Shown here piece after piece: positions 1 to 12,898 of a DNA stretch of 64,000 nt. The stretch comes from Eledone cirrhosa. Its lineage: Eukaryota. Numbering within the stretch: position 1 is the stretch's first letter; every line of letters starts with the position of its first letter. A program made the position numbers and the translations under genes. Below the pieces are notes generated by a model. That model made no database searches. It was not told the DNA's origin and saw nothing but the letters and a program-made list of their open reading frames with translations. The stretch spans positions 16,616,001 through 16,680,000 of the forward strand of contig OZ024741.1 of NCBI GenBank assembly GCA_964016885.1, given 5' to 3'.

Positions 1-161
1 ACTTTTGTCTTAGCTAGATTTACTCTCAGTCCTCTTGCTTCCAACTGCTGTTTCCATAGCCGGAATTTATTCTCTAGCTCCTCTACTGATTCTGCCATAA
101 GAGCCAGATCGTCAGCATAGAGAAGTTCCCATGGACAGCCAGTCTTAAACTCCTCTGTTAT
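1..161 (-). mobile_element. RTE LINE reverse-transcriptase fragment, 5'-truncated at (TA)n and running off the window edge
   Basis: Manual translation of the minus strand gives [53 protein letters not shown], homologous to the YADD region of the RTEs at 43848 and 58003. Confidence 0.9.
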
Positions 162-312
162 ATATATATATGTATGTGTATATATATGTATATATATATA
201 TATATGTATGTATATATATATGTATATATATATATATATGTATGTATATATATATGTATATATATATATATATGTATGTATATATATATGTATATATATA
301 TATATATGTATG

Positions 313-345
<33 letters not shown>

Positions 346-483
346 ATATATATATGTATATGTATATATATATGTATGTATATATATATGTATATGTATA
401 TATATATGTATATGTATATATATATGTATATATATATGTATATGTATATATATATGTATATATATATGTATATATATATATAT
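162..483. repeat. (TA)n/(TATG) compound microsatellite
   Basis: Directly visible; source of the spurious YI/IY ORFs. Confidence 0.95.
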
Positions 484-2565
484 AGAGAGCACTTTGATGA
501 TCTTTTGAATCAGCCGTCTGTCGTCAGTGAAGATTTCCTCAATCTCATTCCAGAAAGACCTGTGAAAGTAGCTCTCGCAGAACCTCCGACGCTTGTGGAG
601 GTTGCAGTGGCTATTTCGAAGCTGAACAGTGGAAGATCTCCAGGTATGGATGGCATACATGCTGAGCTCCTACAATATTGTGGTGAGAGACTCCTGCAAC
701 ATCTTCACTCTTTGTTTGGCAGGATATGGGATAATGAATCCGTACCTGAGGACTGGAGAGATGCAGTAATGGTGGTCTTGTACAAGGGAAAGGGTAACAG
801 GAACGTTTGTGGGAACTACTGTGGTATATCATTGCTTTCTGTCGTGGGGAAAGTTTTATGTAGGGTGCTTCTGGACCGTCTGCTGACACACATTGCAGAT
901 TGTGTCCTTCCTGAAAGTCAATCTGGTTTTCGTGTTGGACGCGGCACTACTGATATGATCTTCTCAGCTAGACAGCTCCAGGAGAAGTGCATTGAACAGG
1001 GCTTGGATCTGTATCAGGTTTTTGTCGATCTGACAAAGGCTTTCGATACTGTCAACAGAGATGCATTATGGAAGGTTCTCCAGAAACTTGGTTGCCCTGA
1101 TAAGTTCCTTGCTTTAGTTAGGTCTTTCCATGACGACATGAAGGCTTGGGTTAATGTCGGAGGTAACATGTCGGAGCCTATCTCAGTAAAAAATGGAGTG
1201 AAACAGGGGGATATTCCAGCACCGACCCTGTTTGCCATATACTTTGCAATGGTTTTCTGTGTTGCATTCAGGAATTGCGAGCATGGTGTTTACATCCGAT
1301 ATCGAACCTCAGGCAGCATATTTAACATCAGGCGCTTTGCTGCGAAGACAAAAGTATTTACATCAGTCATAAGAGACCTCTTGTATGCAGATGATTGCGA
1401 TCTTGTAGCGCACACAGAGAGTGATATGCAGCACATTTTGAATGTATTTTCTGACGCTTGCACTGCCCTGGGTTTGACTGTCAGTCTCAAGAAAACCGTC
1501 GTCATGTACCAACCTGCACCTGGTAGGCAGTACACTGAACCAAACATCTATGTGTATGGCAAACGACTTGGAGTGGTTGATCAGTTTGTCTACCTGGGAA
1601 GCACTGTCAATCGATACGGCAACCTTGACAGTGAAATCTCACTTAGGATTAGGAAAGCAAGTGATGCTTTCGGAAAGCTAGAAAGGCGACTCTGGGGTCG
1701 GCGAGACATATGCAGGAGGACAAAGGTAAAGGTGTACAGGGCATGTGTACTCTCTTGTCTTCTTTATGCCTGCGAGACCTGGGTCACATATCGACGCCAC
1801 CTTAAGCAATTGGAGCGTTTCCATCAGATGTGTCTCAGACGGATACATGGCGTTCACTGGAGGGACCACATCAGTGATGTCGAGATTTTGGAAAGCTCTA
1901 TGTGTGACAGTATAGAAGCTCTTGTGCTTAAGCAGCGACTCCGTTGGAGTGGTCACCTTGCCAGGATGAAGGATTCTAGAATACCAAAACAACTCTTCTA
2001 TGGAGAGTTGGTTAAAGGAAAACGACCGCCACATAAACCAAAAAAGAGGTATAAGGATTCCTTGAAGGCCTCTCTGAGAGACGCTAACATCTCTGCTGAT
2101 ACATGGGAAAATGTTGCTGCTGATCGTAATAAATGGAGAAAGACTGTATATGAGGGAAAAGTTGCCTTTGAGGCATCTCGAATCGCACACGAGAAAGTAA
2201 AGCGGGACGTGAGGAAGGGTATTGCTGTTGCACTTCCAGACGGCGAGGGTCCTCCTATGTTTCTGACATGCAGCGTCTGTGCGAGACTCTGCCTAAGCAA
2301 AGCTGGACTCGAAAGTCATCTTCGCAGTCATAAAGTAAGACCAGTGGTTGACTACCAGGCTGCTGTTGGAGATGCTACTCATCATGCTTGCCAAACATGT
2401 GGTAGAGAATGTAAATCAGCAGGAGGACTCAAGCGACATGCAAAAGTACACGAACTCCAACCACAGCCGACTATTCCCAGTAAATGTTTTGGTTGCCGAC
2501 TCTGTGCAAGACATTTTGGATCATTGGCTGGGCTAAAAAGCCACATTCGATCGCAGCACTGTTAG
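484..2565 (+). CDS. RTE RT with three C2H2 zinc fingers; endonuclease lost by 5' truncation
   Basis: Motifs [41 protein letters not shown]. Fingers CSVC..HLRSH, CQTC..HAKVH, CRLC..HIRSQH. The part of the ORF-track call before 484 is microsatellite. Confidence 0.9.
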   Translation, partial: REHFDDLLNQPSVVSEDFLNLIPERPVKVALAEPPTLVEVAVAISKLNSGRSPGMDGIHAELLQYCGERLLQHLHSLFGRIWDNESVPEDWRDAVMVVLYKGKGNRNVCGNYCGISLLSVVGKVLCRVLLDRLLTHIADCVLPESQSGFRVGRGTTDMIFSARQLQEKCIEQGLDLYQVFVDLTKAFDTVNRDALWKVLQKLGCPDKFLALVRSFHDDMKAWVNVGGNMSEPISVKNGVKQGDIPAPTLFAIYFAMVFCVAFRNCEHGVYIRYRTSGSIFNIRRFAAKTKVFTSVIRDLLYADDCDLVAHTESDMQHILNVFSDACTALGLTVSLKKTVVMYQPAPGRQYTEPNIYVYGKRLGVVDQFVYLGSTVNRYGNLDSEISLRIRKASDAFGKLERRLWGRRDICRRTKVKVYRACVLSCLLYACETWVTYRRHLKQLERFHQMCLRRIHGVHWRDHISDVEILESSMCDSIEALVLKQRLRWSGHLARMKDSRIPKQLFYGELVKGKRPPHKPKKRYKDSLKASLRDANISADTWENVAADRNKWRKTVYEGKVAFEASRIAHEKVKRDVRKGIAVALPDGEGPPMFLTCSVCARLCLSKAGLESHLRSHKVRPVVDYQAAVGDATHHACQTCGRECKSAGGLKRHAKVHELQPQPTIPSKCFGCRLCARHFGSLAGLKSHIRSQHC

Positions 2566-2690
2566 TTGCTATCGTGTGTTTGTGTGTGTGTGTGAGTGTG
2601 TGTGTAGATATGCTTATGTGCGTGCGTGTGTGTGTATATATATATGAATATGTATATTATTATTGTTGTTGTCGTTATTATTATTATTGC

Positions 2691-2733
<43 letters not shown>

Positions 2734-2853
2734 GTTATTAATGTATGTGTGTATATATGTGTGAGTGTATGTGTATGTATGTGTGTGTGTATATATGTAT
2801 GTATGTGTATGTATGTGTGTGTGTATGTATATGTGTATATATATATATGTATA

Positions 2854-2886
<33 letters not shown>

Positions 2887-2899
2887 CTTTTTTTTTTTT

Positions 2900-2980
<81 letters not shown>

Positions 2981-3043
2981 TTATTTATTATTTTTTTTTT
3001 TTATTGTGCAATGGCCATACTCGATAACGAGGGGGCAGCCATC
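484..3043 (+). mobile_element. 5'-truncated RTE (BovB-like) LINE with C-terminal C2H2 fingers; microsatellite-filled 3' UTR and 3' terminal motif at 3004-3043
   Basis: RT ORF to 2565. The terminal TGGCCATACTCGATAACGAGGGGGCAGCCATC resembles the terminus of a related fragment at 55390-55421. Confidence 0.8.
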
Positions 3044-3060
3044 ATATATATATATATATG

Positions 3061-3105
<45 letters not shown>

Positions 3106-3120
3106 GTATATATATATATG

Positions 3121-3171
<51 letters not shown>

Positions 3172-3194
3172 GCATATATATATATATATGTATG

Positions 3195-3229
<35 letters not shown>

Positions 3230-3557
3230 GTATATATATATGTATATAGATATCATCATCATCATCATCATCATCACCGTTTTACGTCCGTTCTTCCACG
3301 CTAGCATGGGTTAGACGGGTTGTCCTGTTGTGGGCAGTGTCTGGTCGGCTGACCATGCCTTGCTCATACAGGAACTGATCTGGCTTGATTTCTACAGCTG
3401 GATGCCCTTCCTAACACCAACCTCATTTACAGTGAGTGCTGGGTGCTTTTTCGTGGCGCCTACACGTCCACTTTACAGTGTGGGCTGGGTGCTTTTTTGC
3501 CGTGGCACCTCCACGACCACCTTGCGGTGGGGGGGGGGGGCATATTGTTTATATGCT

Positions 3558-6500
3558 TCAGCATGTACCCATGGGAGGTCGGGTACCCTGTATTACTGCG
3601 TGACGCCAGAAGTCACGGTCGTGTGTCATTGACTTTGAGAGGTGTAGTTGGGTAAGGTCGGCTTTTATCACCTCATCCCAAGTCATCTTGGGTCTCCCCA
3701 CTCCGCGGTTTCCATCAACTTCTAGTGCTCTGCACCTTTTTATGCAGCTGTCATCCTTCATACGCATTACATGTCCATACCAGCGTAACCGCCTCTCCTG
3801 CACGCAGCATTTGATTCCTCTTATGCTCAGTCTCTCTCTCAATTCATTTATGCTTTGTCGTTCACGTATATTACTGTTACACATCCATCGGAGCATGCAG
3901 GCTTCGTTTCTCTCTAATCTACGTAAGTCTTCCACCTTCAGCGCCCAGGTCTCACTACCATGCAACATCGCTGTTCGGATACACGCATCATACAGTCTGC
4001 CTTTCATTCTGAGGGAGAAGCCTTTTGCAGCTAGCAGTGGTAGTAGTTCCCTAAACTTCTTCCATCCCGTTCTTACCCTAGTTATTGTACTTTCTGAGCA
4101 CCCACCTCCGTTGCTAATTCGGTCACCTAGGTAGCAGAAGCTGTCTACTGTTTCTACAGGGCCCTCCCAGAGATTGGTGGTACTTGTTTCCTGTGGCTGT
4201 TTGCTTGCTGTTTCAGCACAGCTGCTGCATGTGAATCCTACATTCTTAATTAAGCTTCCTGAGATCCCGCTACATCTCTTGTGTACCCATTGTTTGCATT
4301 TGGGGCAAAGAATGGAGTTCCTACCTACACCTTTCCTACATACTGAGCAAGGCCATTTTTCTGAGGGGATCTGGGTTCTGTTTTCTCGTCTACTTATAAG
4401 GACCTTAGTCTTTGTCATGTTGACTTTGAGGCCCTTTCTCTCTAGTCCCTGCTTCCAGGTTTGGAATTTATTCTCTAGTTCTACCATAGATTCAGCTATG
4501 AGTGCGAGGTCATCAGCATACAGGAGTTCCCATGGGCATCCGGTCTTAAACTCCTCCGTTATTGCCTGCAGGACTATGATGAACAGGAGAGGGCTAAGAA
4601 CAGAGCCCTGGTGGACCCCAACCTGTACGCTAAATTCCTCGCTATACTCATTGCCAATCCTAACTTTGCTGACTGCTCCCCTATACATGGCTTGTACCGC
4701 TTTCACAAGCCATTCATCTACTCCTAGTTTTCTAAGAGCCCACCAGATTACTGCACGTGGAACTCTGTCAAAGGCTTTCTCAAGGTCGACAAATGCCAAG
4801 TAGAGTGGCTTACTTTTAGCTAGGTACTTTTCCTGTAATTGCCTCACAAGGAAGAGCGCATCAGTGGTGCCTTTCCCTGGAACAAACCCAAATTGCATCT
4901 CGTCTATATTCACCCGGTCCCTAATCAGCTGTGCTATAACTCTTTCTGTTACTTTCATGACCTGGTCCATCAACTTTATACCTCTATAGTTTCCTCTATC
5001 TAGTGCATCGCCTTTACCTTTGTAGCAGTTGACAATGATGCTACTGCACCAATCTTTTGGTATGGCCCCCTCTAGTATTACCTGGTTAACGATACGTGTG
5101 GTTATAGTGTGACCTACAGACCCAGATGCCTTCAGCATCTCGGCAGCTATACCCGATGGACCGGTTGCCTTCCCTATCTTCATATCTCTGATTGCCTTAC
5201 TTACTACGCTGCCGCTGACTTGTACTGCTGGTCCCTCTATAGGGTCTACGTGGGGTAGGGTCTCTTCTTCCCATGCATTCTCCTCATTTAGTAATCTATC
5301 ATAATGACTCTTCCATGCATCTTTCTTCTCAGCACTTGTGAGTGCAAGCTCACCTTTATCATTCCGGATACACTTCTCTCCAATGACATCACAACTATCT
5401 CTGACACACTGCCTCGCAATCTTGAATACCTCCTGTTTCTGGTCCTCACGTTGTAAAACATGCTTGAATTTTCTATCCTCTGCTTCCCTCCTAGCTAAGT
5501 ATACTTGTCGCCTAGCTTCCCTCTTGGTCTCTATGTAATGTACCCTGCTCCCCCCGTTCTTCCATTCTTTCCATGCCTGTCTCTTGGCCTTGACTGCTTC
5601 ATCTACCTTATTGTTCCACCACCAAGTCACTCTCCTCCTGCTTGAGGTCTTACTCCAGCCACAAACCTCATCCGTCGCCTCTAGTAAGTTATTTTTTAGG
5701 AACTCCCAGTTCTCTTCTACGTTAAATGTCTCTATCTGTTCTTCTTTACTGTCGTAGGCGTTGAGTAAAATATCTTTAAATCTGTTACTGGTTGAGGGGA
5801 CTTTCAGCTTCCAGATCTTTCTTCTCCAGGTTGGCCTCTGTTTCAGGGCTCGTCTAGTTCTGACCGTGAGGTCGCTGACAACTAAGCTATGTTGGGATGT
5901 ACATTCCTCACTAGGGAAGGCTTTTGTGTTTACGACCGTCCATCTGTCACGTCCTCTGATGAGAATAAAATCTAACTGACTAGAGTGCTCCCCTGATCTA
6001 TAGGTGATCAGGTGGTTGTCGGGTTTTTTAAAGTTTGTGTTACATATCGACATGTCATTGGCGTCGCAGAATTCTAGAAGTCTGAATCCTTCCTCATTCC
6101 TTGTGCCAACTCCATGGCCTCCATGTACTCTATTGAAGCCGTCGCAGTGTTTACCTACGTGTCCGTTAAAATCTCCTGCAATGATTAGGAAGTCCTTGTC
6201 GTCTGTTAGAGCAGTAGTGTGTATTAGGGACTCGTAAAACCTATCCTTAAGTTCGTCTGGCAGCCCCGATTGGGGTGCGTAAGCTGATATTATTGTGGTA
6301 ATTGTCTTATTCAGGACTAGTCTGAGTTTAATGATTCTTGCATTTACCCTGTACACTGAGATTACTTTATCTACCCACTTGTCAGCTAATAGTATACCTA
6401 CACCACCCATCCCATCGTCGTTTCCCACCCAGAAAAATTTGTAGCACTGGCTTTTTCCTACAAGGACTCTAGCAGACCCTCCTCTCCATCTAGTCTCTTG

Positions 6501-6677
6501 CACACAGCATACATCAACTTCCTTTCGCTCTAGCATTTCTACGATTTCTCCTGCTCTTCCTTTCATTGAGCCTACATTGATGGTACCAACTCGGAGTTTT
6601 GGGCATTTGTCGACACTCGTAGGGGAGGGTCTCTGGGTTGGCGCTTCACGTGGGTGCTTGGTAGCTCGCAGATTCAT
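3558..6677 (-). CDS. RTE ORF: APE endonuclease + RT with inserted PHD finger (1039 aa, intact)
   Basis: APE motifs GTINV, CVQETRW, SAYAPQ, GDFNGH, LDFIL, SQH. RT motifs QFGF, FVDLEKAFD, GVHQGS, YADD, FCYLG. C4HC3 finger at 4218-4349. Confidence 0.95.
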   Translation of the reverse strand: MNLRATKHPREAPTQRPSPTSVDKCPKLRVGTINVGSMKGRAGEIVEMLERKEVDVCCVQETRWRGGSARVLVGKSQCYKFFWVGNDDGMGGVGILLADKWVDKVISVYRVNARIIKLRLVLNKTITTIISAYAPQSGLPDELKDRFYESLIHTTALTDDKDFLIIAGDFNGHVGKHCDGFNRVHGGHGVGTRNEEGFRLLEFCDANDMSICNTNFKKPDNHLITYRSGEHSSQLDFILIRGRDRWTVVNTKAFPSEECTSQHSLVVSDLTVRTRRALKQRPTWRRKIWKLKVPSTSNRFKDILLNAYDSKEEQIETFNVEENWEFLKNNLLEATDEVCGWSKTSSRRRVTWWWNNKVDEAVKAKRQAWKEWKNGGSRVHYIETKREARRQVYLARREAEDRKFKHVLQREDQKQEVFKIARQCVRDSCDVIGEKCIRNDKGELALTSAEKKDAWKSHYDRLLNEENAWEEETLPHVDPIEGPAVQVSGSVVSKAIRDMKIGKATGPSGIAAEMLKASGSVGHTITTRIVNQVILEGAIPKDWCSSIIVNCYKGKGDALDRGNYRGIKLMDQVMKVTERVIAQLIRDRVNIDEMQFGFVPGKGTTDALFLVRQLQEKYLAKSKPLYLAFVDLEKAFDRVPRAVIWWALRKLGVDEWLVKAVQAMYRGAVSKVRIGNEYSEEFSVQVGVHQGSVLSPLLFIIVLQAITEEFKTGCPWELLYADDLALIAESMVELENKFQTWKQGLERKGLKVNMTKTKVLISRRENRTQIPSEKWPCSVCRKGVGRNSILCPKCKQWVHKRCSGISGSLIKNVGFTCSSCAETASKQPQETSTTNLWEGPVETVDSFCYLGDRISNGGGCSESTITRVRTGWKKFRELLPLLAAKGFSLRMKGRLYDACIRTAMLHGSETWALKVEDLRRLERNEACMLRWMCNSNIRERQSINELRERLSIRGIKCCVQERRLRWYGHVMRMKDDSCIKRCRALEVDGNRGVGRPKMTWDEVIKADLTQLHLSKSMTHDRDFWRHAVIQGTRPPMGTC

Positions 6678-6997
6678 ATTTCATCTATTGATTCAGAGTT
6701 GCTCGTGTATTCCCAGCTCATCCATCCATAACGGTGGGAAAATTGAGGGCTAGAAGGACAGTGGTGGTGGGGTAATGGCAGGGTGTGTTGGGATGCGCCA
6801 GAGGAGGAGAGAGTTAGTTAGGCAGGTAGTAGCAGCAGCAGCAGTGGAAATGGCATGCTAGGTTTGATTGGTCGAATAGACTATGGTGGTGTGTGGGGGT
6901 GGGGGGGGGGGGAGGGAAATTGTGAGGTAGGAACTGAGGGTCGCATGGTAAATATCCAAGTTAATACTACATCAGTAAAATTAACAATAATAACGTC

Positions 6998-7586
6998 ATG
7001 AAAAAAGCTACTAAGAGAAACCCTCGAAAATTTATCGCTAATACAGCAGGGAAAATTTAACGCTAATACAGCAGGGAACATCATAATATTAACGACATGA
7101 AAAAGCTACTAAGAGAAACCCTCGAAAATTTATCGCTAATACAGCAGGGAAAATTTAACGCTAATACAGCAGGGAACATCATAATATTAACGACATGAAA
7201 AAGCTACTAAGAGAAACCCTCGAAAATTTATCGCTAATACAGCAGGGAAAATTTAACGCTAATACAGCAGGGAACATCATAATATTAACGACATGAAAAA
7301 GCTACTAAGAGAAACCCTCGAAAATTTATCGCTAATACAGCAGGGAAAATTTAACGCTAATACAGCAGGGAACATCATAATATTAACGACATGAAAAAGC
7401 TACTAAGAGAAACCCTCGAAAATTTATCGCTAATACAGCAGGGAAAATTTAACGCTAATACAGCAGGGAACATCATAATATTAACGACATGAAAAAGCTA
7501 CTAAGAGAAACCCTCGAAAATTTATCGCTAATACAGCAGGGAAAATTTAACGCTAATACAGCAGGGAACATCATAATATTAACGAC
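6998..7586. repeat. Six 98-bp monomers in the RTE-A 5' UTR
   Basis: ATGAAAAAGCTACTAAGAG... starts at 6998, 7097, 7195, 7293, 7391 and 7489. Confidence 0.95.
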
Positions 7587-7895
7587 AATATGTAGGCTAA
7601 AATACCTTCGTAGATTAGGTGGATGGCTGGCTGGGAAAATTTGAATCAGCTCTACTGGTACATTTTAGCAGAGAAGAATGGCAAAGTGTCTTATCTCTTC
7701 AATATTTTCAGATTGAATGAATTAGGTTAAAGACAGGGTAGTAAGCCTTAAAGAAGTGCATAGAGGGGGGGGGGTAGGAACTGAGGGTCGCATGGTAAAT
7801 AACTGAAAGAGATACAATAGGATTAGAATACCGCATGGTAAATATCCAAGTTAATAAGTTAATACTACATCAGTAAAATTAACAATAATAACGTC

Positions 7896-8386
7896 ATGAA
7901 AAAAGCTACTAAGAGAAACCCTCGAAAATTTATCGCTAATACAGCAGGGAAAATTTAACGCTAATACAGCAGGGAACATCATAATATTAACGACATGAAA
8001 AAGCTACTAAGAGAAACCCTCGAAAATTTATCGCTAATACAGCAGGGAAAATTTAACGCTAATACAGCAGGGAACATCATAATATTAACGACATGAAAAA
8101 GCTACTAAGAGAAACCCTCGAAAATTTATCGCTAATACAGCAGGGAAAATTTAACGCTAATACAGCAGGGAACATCATAATATTAACGACATGAAAAAGC
8201 TACTAAGAGAAACCCTCGAAAATTTATCGCTAATACAGCAGGTAAAATTTAACGCTAATACAGCAGGGAACATCATAATATTAACGACATGAAAAAGCTA
8301 CTAAGAGAAACCCTCGAAAATTTATCGCTAATACAGCAGGGAAAATTTAACGCTAATACAGCAGGGAACATCATAATATTAACGAC
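7896..8386. repeat. Five 98-bp monomers (second array of the higher-order 5' UTR repeat)
   Basis: Units start at 7896, 7995, 8093, 8191 and 8289. Confidence 0.95.
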
Positions 8387-8540
8387 AATATGTAGGCTAA
8401 AATACCTTCGTAGATTAGGTATATATATGTATATAGATATATATATGTATATAGATATATATATATGTATATTATATATATATGTATATTATATATATAT
8501 GTATATTATATATGTGTATATTATATATGTGTATATTATA

Positions 8541-8599
8541 TCTCTTTTACCTGTTTCAGCCATCCGGCTGAGGCCATGCTGGGGCACCGCCCTTGCAAT
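8541..8599 (-). mobile_element. Short SINE-like terminal fragment embedded in TA repeat
   Basis: Non-microsatellite island CTCTTTTACCTGTTTCAGCCATCCGGCTGAGGCCATGCTGGGGCACCGCC. From memory it resembles the end of an abundant octopus SINE; unverified. Confidence 0.4.
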
Positions 8600-9115
8600 G
8601 TATATATTATATATATATATATACGTATATTATATATATATATATATTATATATGTATATTATATATGTATATTATATATATATATATATTATATATATA
8701 TATATATTATATATATATATATATTATTATATATATATATATTATATATATATATATATTTATATATTATATATATTATAATATATATATATATATATGT
8801 ATATATATTTATATATATATATATTATATGTATATATATTTATATATATATATATTATATATATATATATTTATATATATTATATTATATATATATATAT
8901 ATATGTATATATATTTATATATATGTATATATATTTATATATATATATATGTATATATATTTATATATATATATATATTATATGTATATATATTTATATA
9001 TATATATATATTATATATATATATATTTATATATATATATATTATATATATTATATTATATTTATATATATATATATTATATATATTATATTATATATAT
9101 ATGTATATATATTTA

Positions 9116-9147
<32 letters not shown>

Positions 9148-9148
9148 G

Positions 9149-9187
<39 letters not shown>

Positions 9188-9286
9188 TATGTATATTATA
9201 TATATGTATATTATATATATTTAATATATATATGTATATATATATGTATATTATATATATATGTATATTATATATATATATATACT

Positions 9287-9912
9287 ATGACAAAGACTAA
9301 GGTCCTTATAAGTAGACGAGAAAACAGAACCCAGATCCCCTCAGGGAAATGGCCTTGCTCAGTATGTAGGAAAGGTGTAGGTAGGAACTCCATTCTTTGC
9401 CCCAAATGCAAACAATGGGTACACAAGAGATGTAGCGGGATCTCAGGAAGCTTAATTAAGAATGTAGGATTCACATGCAGCAGCTGTGCTGAAACAGCAA
9501 GCAAACAGCCACAGGAAACAAGTACCACCAATCTCTGGGAGGGCCCTGTAGAAACAGTAGACAGCTTCTGCTACCTAGGTGACCGAATTAGCAACGGAGG
9601 TGGGTGCTCAGAAAGTACAATAACTAGGGTAAGAACGGGATGGAAGAAGTTTAGGGAACTACTACCACTGCTAGCTGCAAAAGGCTTCTCCCTCAGAATG
9701 AAAGGCAGACTGTATGATGCGTGTATCCGAACAGCGATGTTGCATGGTAGTGAGACCTGGGCGCTGAAGGTGGAAGACTTACGTAGATTAGAGAGAATTA
9801 TGAGCAAGGCATGGTCAGCCGACCAGACACTGCCCACAACAGGACAACCCGTCTAACCCATGCTAGCGTGGAAGAACGGACGTAAAACGGTGATGATGAT
9901 GATGATGATGAT
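9287..9912 (+). mobile_element. RTE-A 3' fragment with an internal deletion of about 540 bp
   Basis: Matches 46107-46617 (including the PHD), then jumps at 9797/9799 to the last ~115 bp of the 3' UTR and the (GAT)n tail. Confidence 0.92.
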
Positions 9913-9957
9913 ATAATATATATGTATATTATATATATATAATATATATATGTATAT

Positions 9958-9991
<34 letters not shown>

Positions 9992-9999
9992 ATATATAT

Positions 10000-10743
10000 A
10001 TCATCATCATCACCGTTTTACGTCCGTTCTTCCACGCTAGCATGGGTTAGACGGGTTGTCCTGTTGTGGGCAGTGTCTGGTCGGCTGACCATGCCTTGCT
10101 CATACAGGAACTGATCTGGCTTGATTTCTACAGCTGGATGCCCTTCCTAACACCAACCTCATTTACAGTGAGTGCTGGGTGCTTTTTCGTGGCGCCTACA
10201 CGTCCACTTTACAGTGTGGGCTGGGTGCTTTTTTGCCGTGGCACCTCCACGACCACCTTGCGGTGGGGGGGGGGGGGCATATTGTTTATATGCTTCAGCA
10301 TGTACCCATGGGAGGTCGGGTACCCTGTATTACTGCGTGACGCCAGAAGTCACGGTCGTGTGTCATTGACTTTGAGAGGTGTAGTTGGGTAAGGTCGGCT
10401 TTTATCACCTCATCCCAAGTCATCTTGGGTCTCCCCACTCCGCGGTTTCCATCAACTTCTAGTGCTCTGCACCTTTTTATGCAGCTGTCATCCTTCATAC
10501 GCATCACATGTCCATACCAGCGTAACCGCCTCTCCTGCACGCAGCATTTGATTCCTCTTATGCTCAGTCTCTCTCTCAATTCATTTATGCTTTGTCGTTC
10601 ACGTATATTACTGTTACACATCCATCGGAGCATGCAGGCTTCGTTTCTCTCTAATCTACGTAAGTCTTCCACCTTCAGCGCCCAGGTCTCACTACCATGC
10701 AACATCGCTGTTCGGATACACGCATCATACAGTCTGCCTTTCA
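10000..10743 (-). mobile_element. 5'-truncated RTE-A 3' end
   Basis: Matches the last ~740 bp of RTE-A (ORF 10295-10744, 3' UTR, (GAT)n). Confidence 0.95.
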
Positions 10744-10764
10744 TATATGTATATTATATATATA

Positions 10765-10814
<50 letters not shown>

Positions 10815-10858
10815 TATATATATATATAATATATATATATATATTTATATTATATATA

Positions 10859-10896
<38 letters not shown>

Positions 10897-10923
10897 TATA
10901 TATATTTATATTATATATATATA

Positions 10924-10994
<71 letters not shown>

Positions 10995-11361
10995 TATATA
11001 TATATATTATATATATATATTATATATATGTATATTTATATATATATATATTATATATATTATATATATATATATTATATATATATATGTATATATATAT
11101 ATTATATATATGTATATATTATATATATATATGTATATATATATATTATATATATGTATATATTATATATATATATGTATATATATATATTATATATATG
11201 TATATTTATATATATATATATTATATATATATATTATATATATTATATATATATATATTATATATATATATATATTATATATATATATATTTTATATATA
11301 TATATTATATATATATATATATTATATATATATATTATATATATATATTATATATATTATA

Positions 11362-11430
<69 letters not shown>

Positions 11431-11443
11431 TTTAATATAGAAG

Positions 11444-11494
11444 AGATTCTACAGGACTAGAACTGTTTCATTCATTAGAAATCATCAGGAATCT
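11444..11494 (-). ncRNA. Type I hammerhead ribozyme in the PLE-1 pLTR
   Basis: Reverse complement reads AGATTC-CTGATGA-tttctaatgaat-GAAA-CAG-ttctagtc-CTG-TA-GAATCT. Confidence 0.8.
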
Positions 11495-12269
11495 GGGTAT
11501 CAAAAAATAAATATGGTATTTATAGGTCTCTACAAGTGGTAGGAGAGGGTGGGGAGTGGGATGGGTGCAGGTCATTGGTTGATAGAGAAGGGAATTCATT
11601 AAAGGCTAATTCTACATAGCTATAGTTAATTTATATTTATTTATGTTTTTAGAGTAACAAAGGCAGACAGAAATCTATAAACAAGTTCCGGATGGCATAC
11701 CATTCCTTGTCAATAAGTTTCTCTTAAGCTAGCAGATGTCTATAAAATCAGTGGGGGGTCATTCATGCTCGATAGAATTAAAGAAAAGGGAGATTCTTTA
11801 AAAGCTAAAGTCATTAAGTTCTGCTAAGTGACAAAGGTCTAGGGAATTCTGCAGACAGATTCAAAATACTGAGTGCATATCTTACTATTATCTTCGAACT
11901 TCTCTTAAACTAATCAACAATATGCCAAATCAACAGACACATTCACAAAAAAACAAAAAAACCCCCAAAAAACCAAAAAACCAGAAAAACAAAAAAAAAC
12001 CACACCTAAAACCCCCCCCCCCCAAAAAAAACCCCAAAAAAACACACATACTCACTCACACACTTACGCGCAACCATAAACACACACGTAAACACAAATA
12101 CACACATAAAAACACACACACATATATAAAAAAAAAAAAAAAAAAAAAAAATTTTATATAAATATATACAAATATATATTCATGTACACGCACATACATA
12201 CACACATACATACATACATACATACATATATAAAATACATATACACATATACATACGCACACATATACA

Positions 12270-12350
<81 letters not shown>

Positions 12351-12472
12351 CACATACCACACACATACATATACATATATACACATATATATATATATAC
12401 ACACACATACACACACACACACATACATACATATATATATACACATATATATACACACATACATATATATAC

Positions 12473-12559
<87 letters not shown>

Positions 12560-12707
12560 ATATATATATACACACACACACACGGATACACACACACATA
12601 CACATACATACACACATACACACATATATATACACAAGTGAATACACTCACACGCATACATAGAAACACGAGTATACATATGTATAAATATCTATACACA
12701 CACACGT

Positions 12708-12747
<40 letters not shown>

Positions 12748-12817
12748 TATATACACATACATATACACACATACAAACACACACACATACACATATATAC
12801 ACATACATACATATATA

Positions 12818-12858
<41 letters not shown>

Positions 12859-12862
12859 ACAT

Positions 12863-12898
<36 letters not shown>

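Larger units (their letters stand above)
3252..8420 (-). mobile_element. Full-length RTE LINE, family A copy 1, with (GAT)n tail and tandem-repeat 5' UTR
   Basis: (ATC)n at 3252-3276 is the tail. Intact ORF. 5' region with 98-bp monomers ends in (TA)n at about 8420. Near-identical to 42563-47273. Confidence 0.95.

Noticed and set aside
4174-4803. Antisense ORFs recurring in every RTE copy (209 aa, 148 aa and others)
   Set aside because: Shadow frames of the RT ORF, repeated only because the copies are near-identical; no recognisable motifs.
6998-8386. Regular repeat array resembling CRISPR
   Set aside because: Units are head-to-tail identical with no unique spacers, there are no cas genes, the context is eukaryotic, and the array belongs to the RTE 5' UTR.
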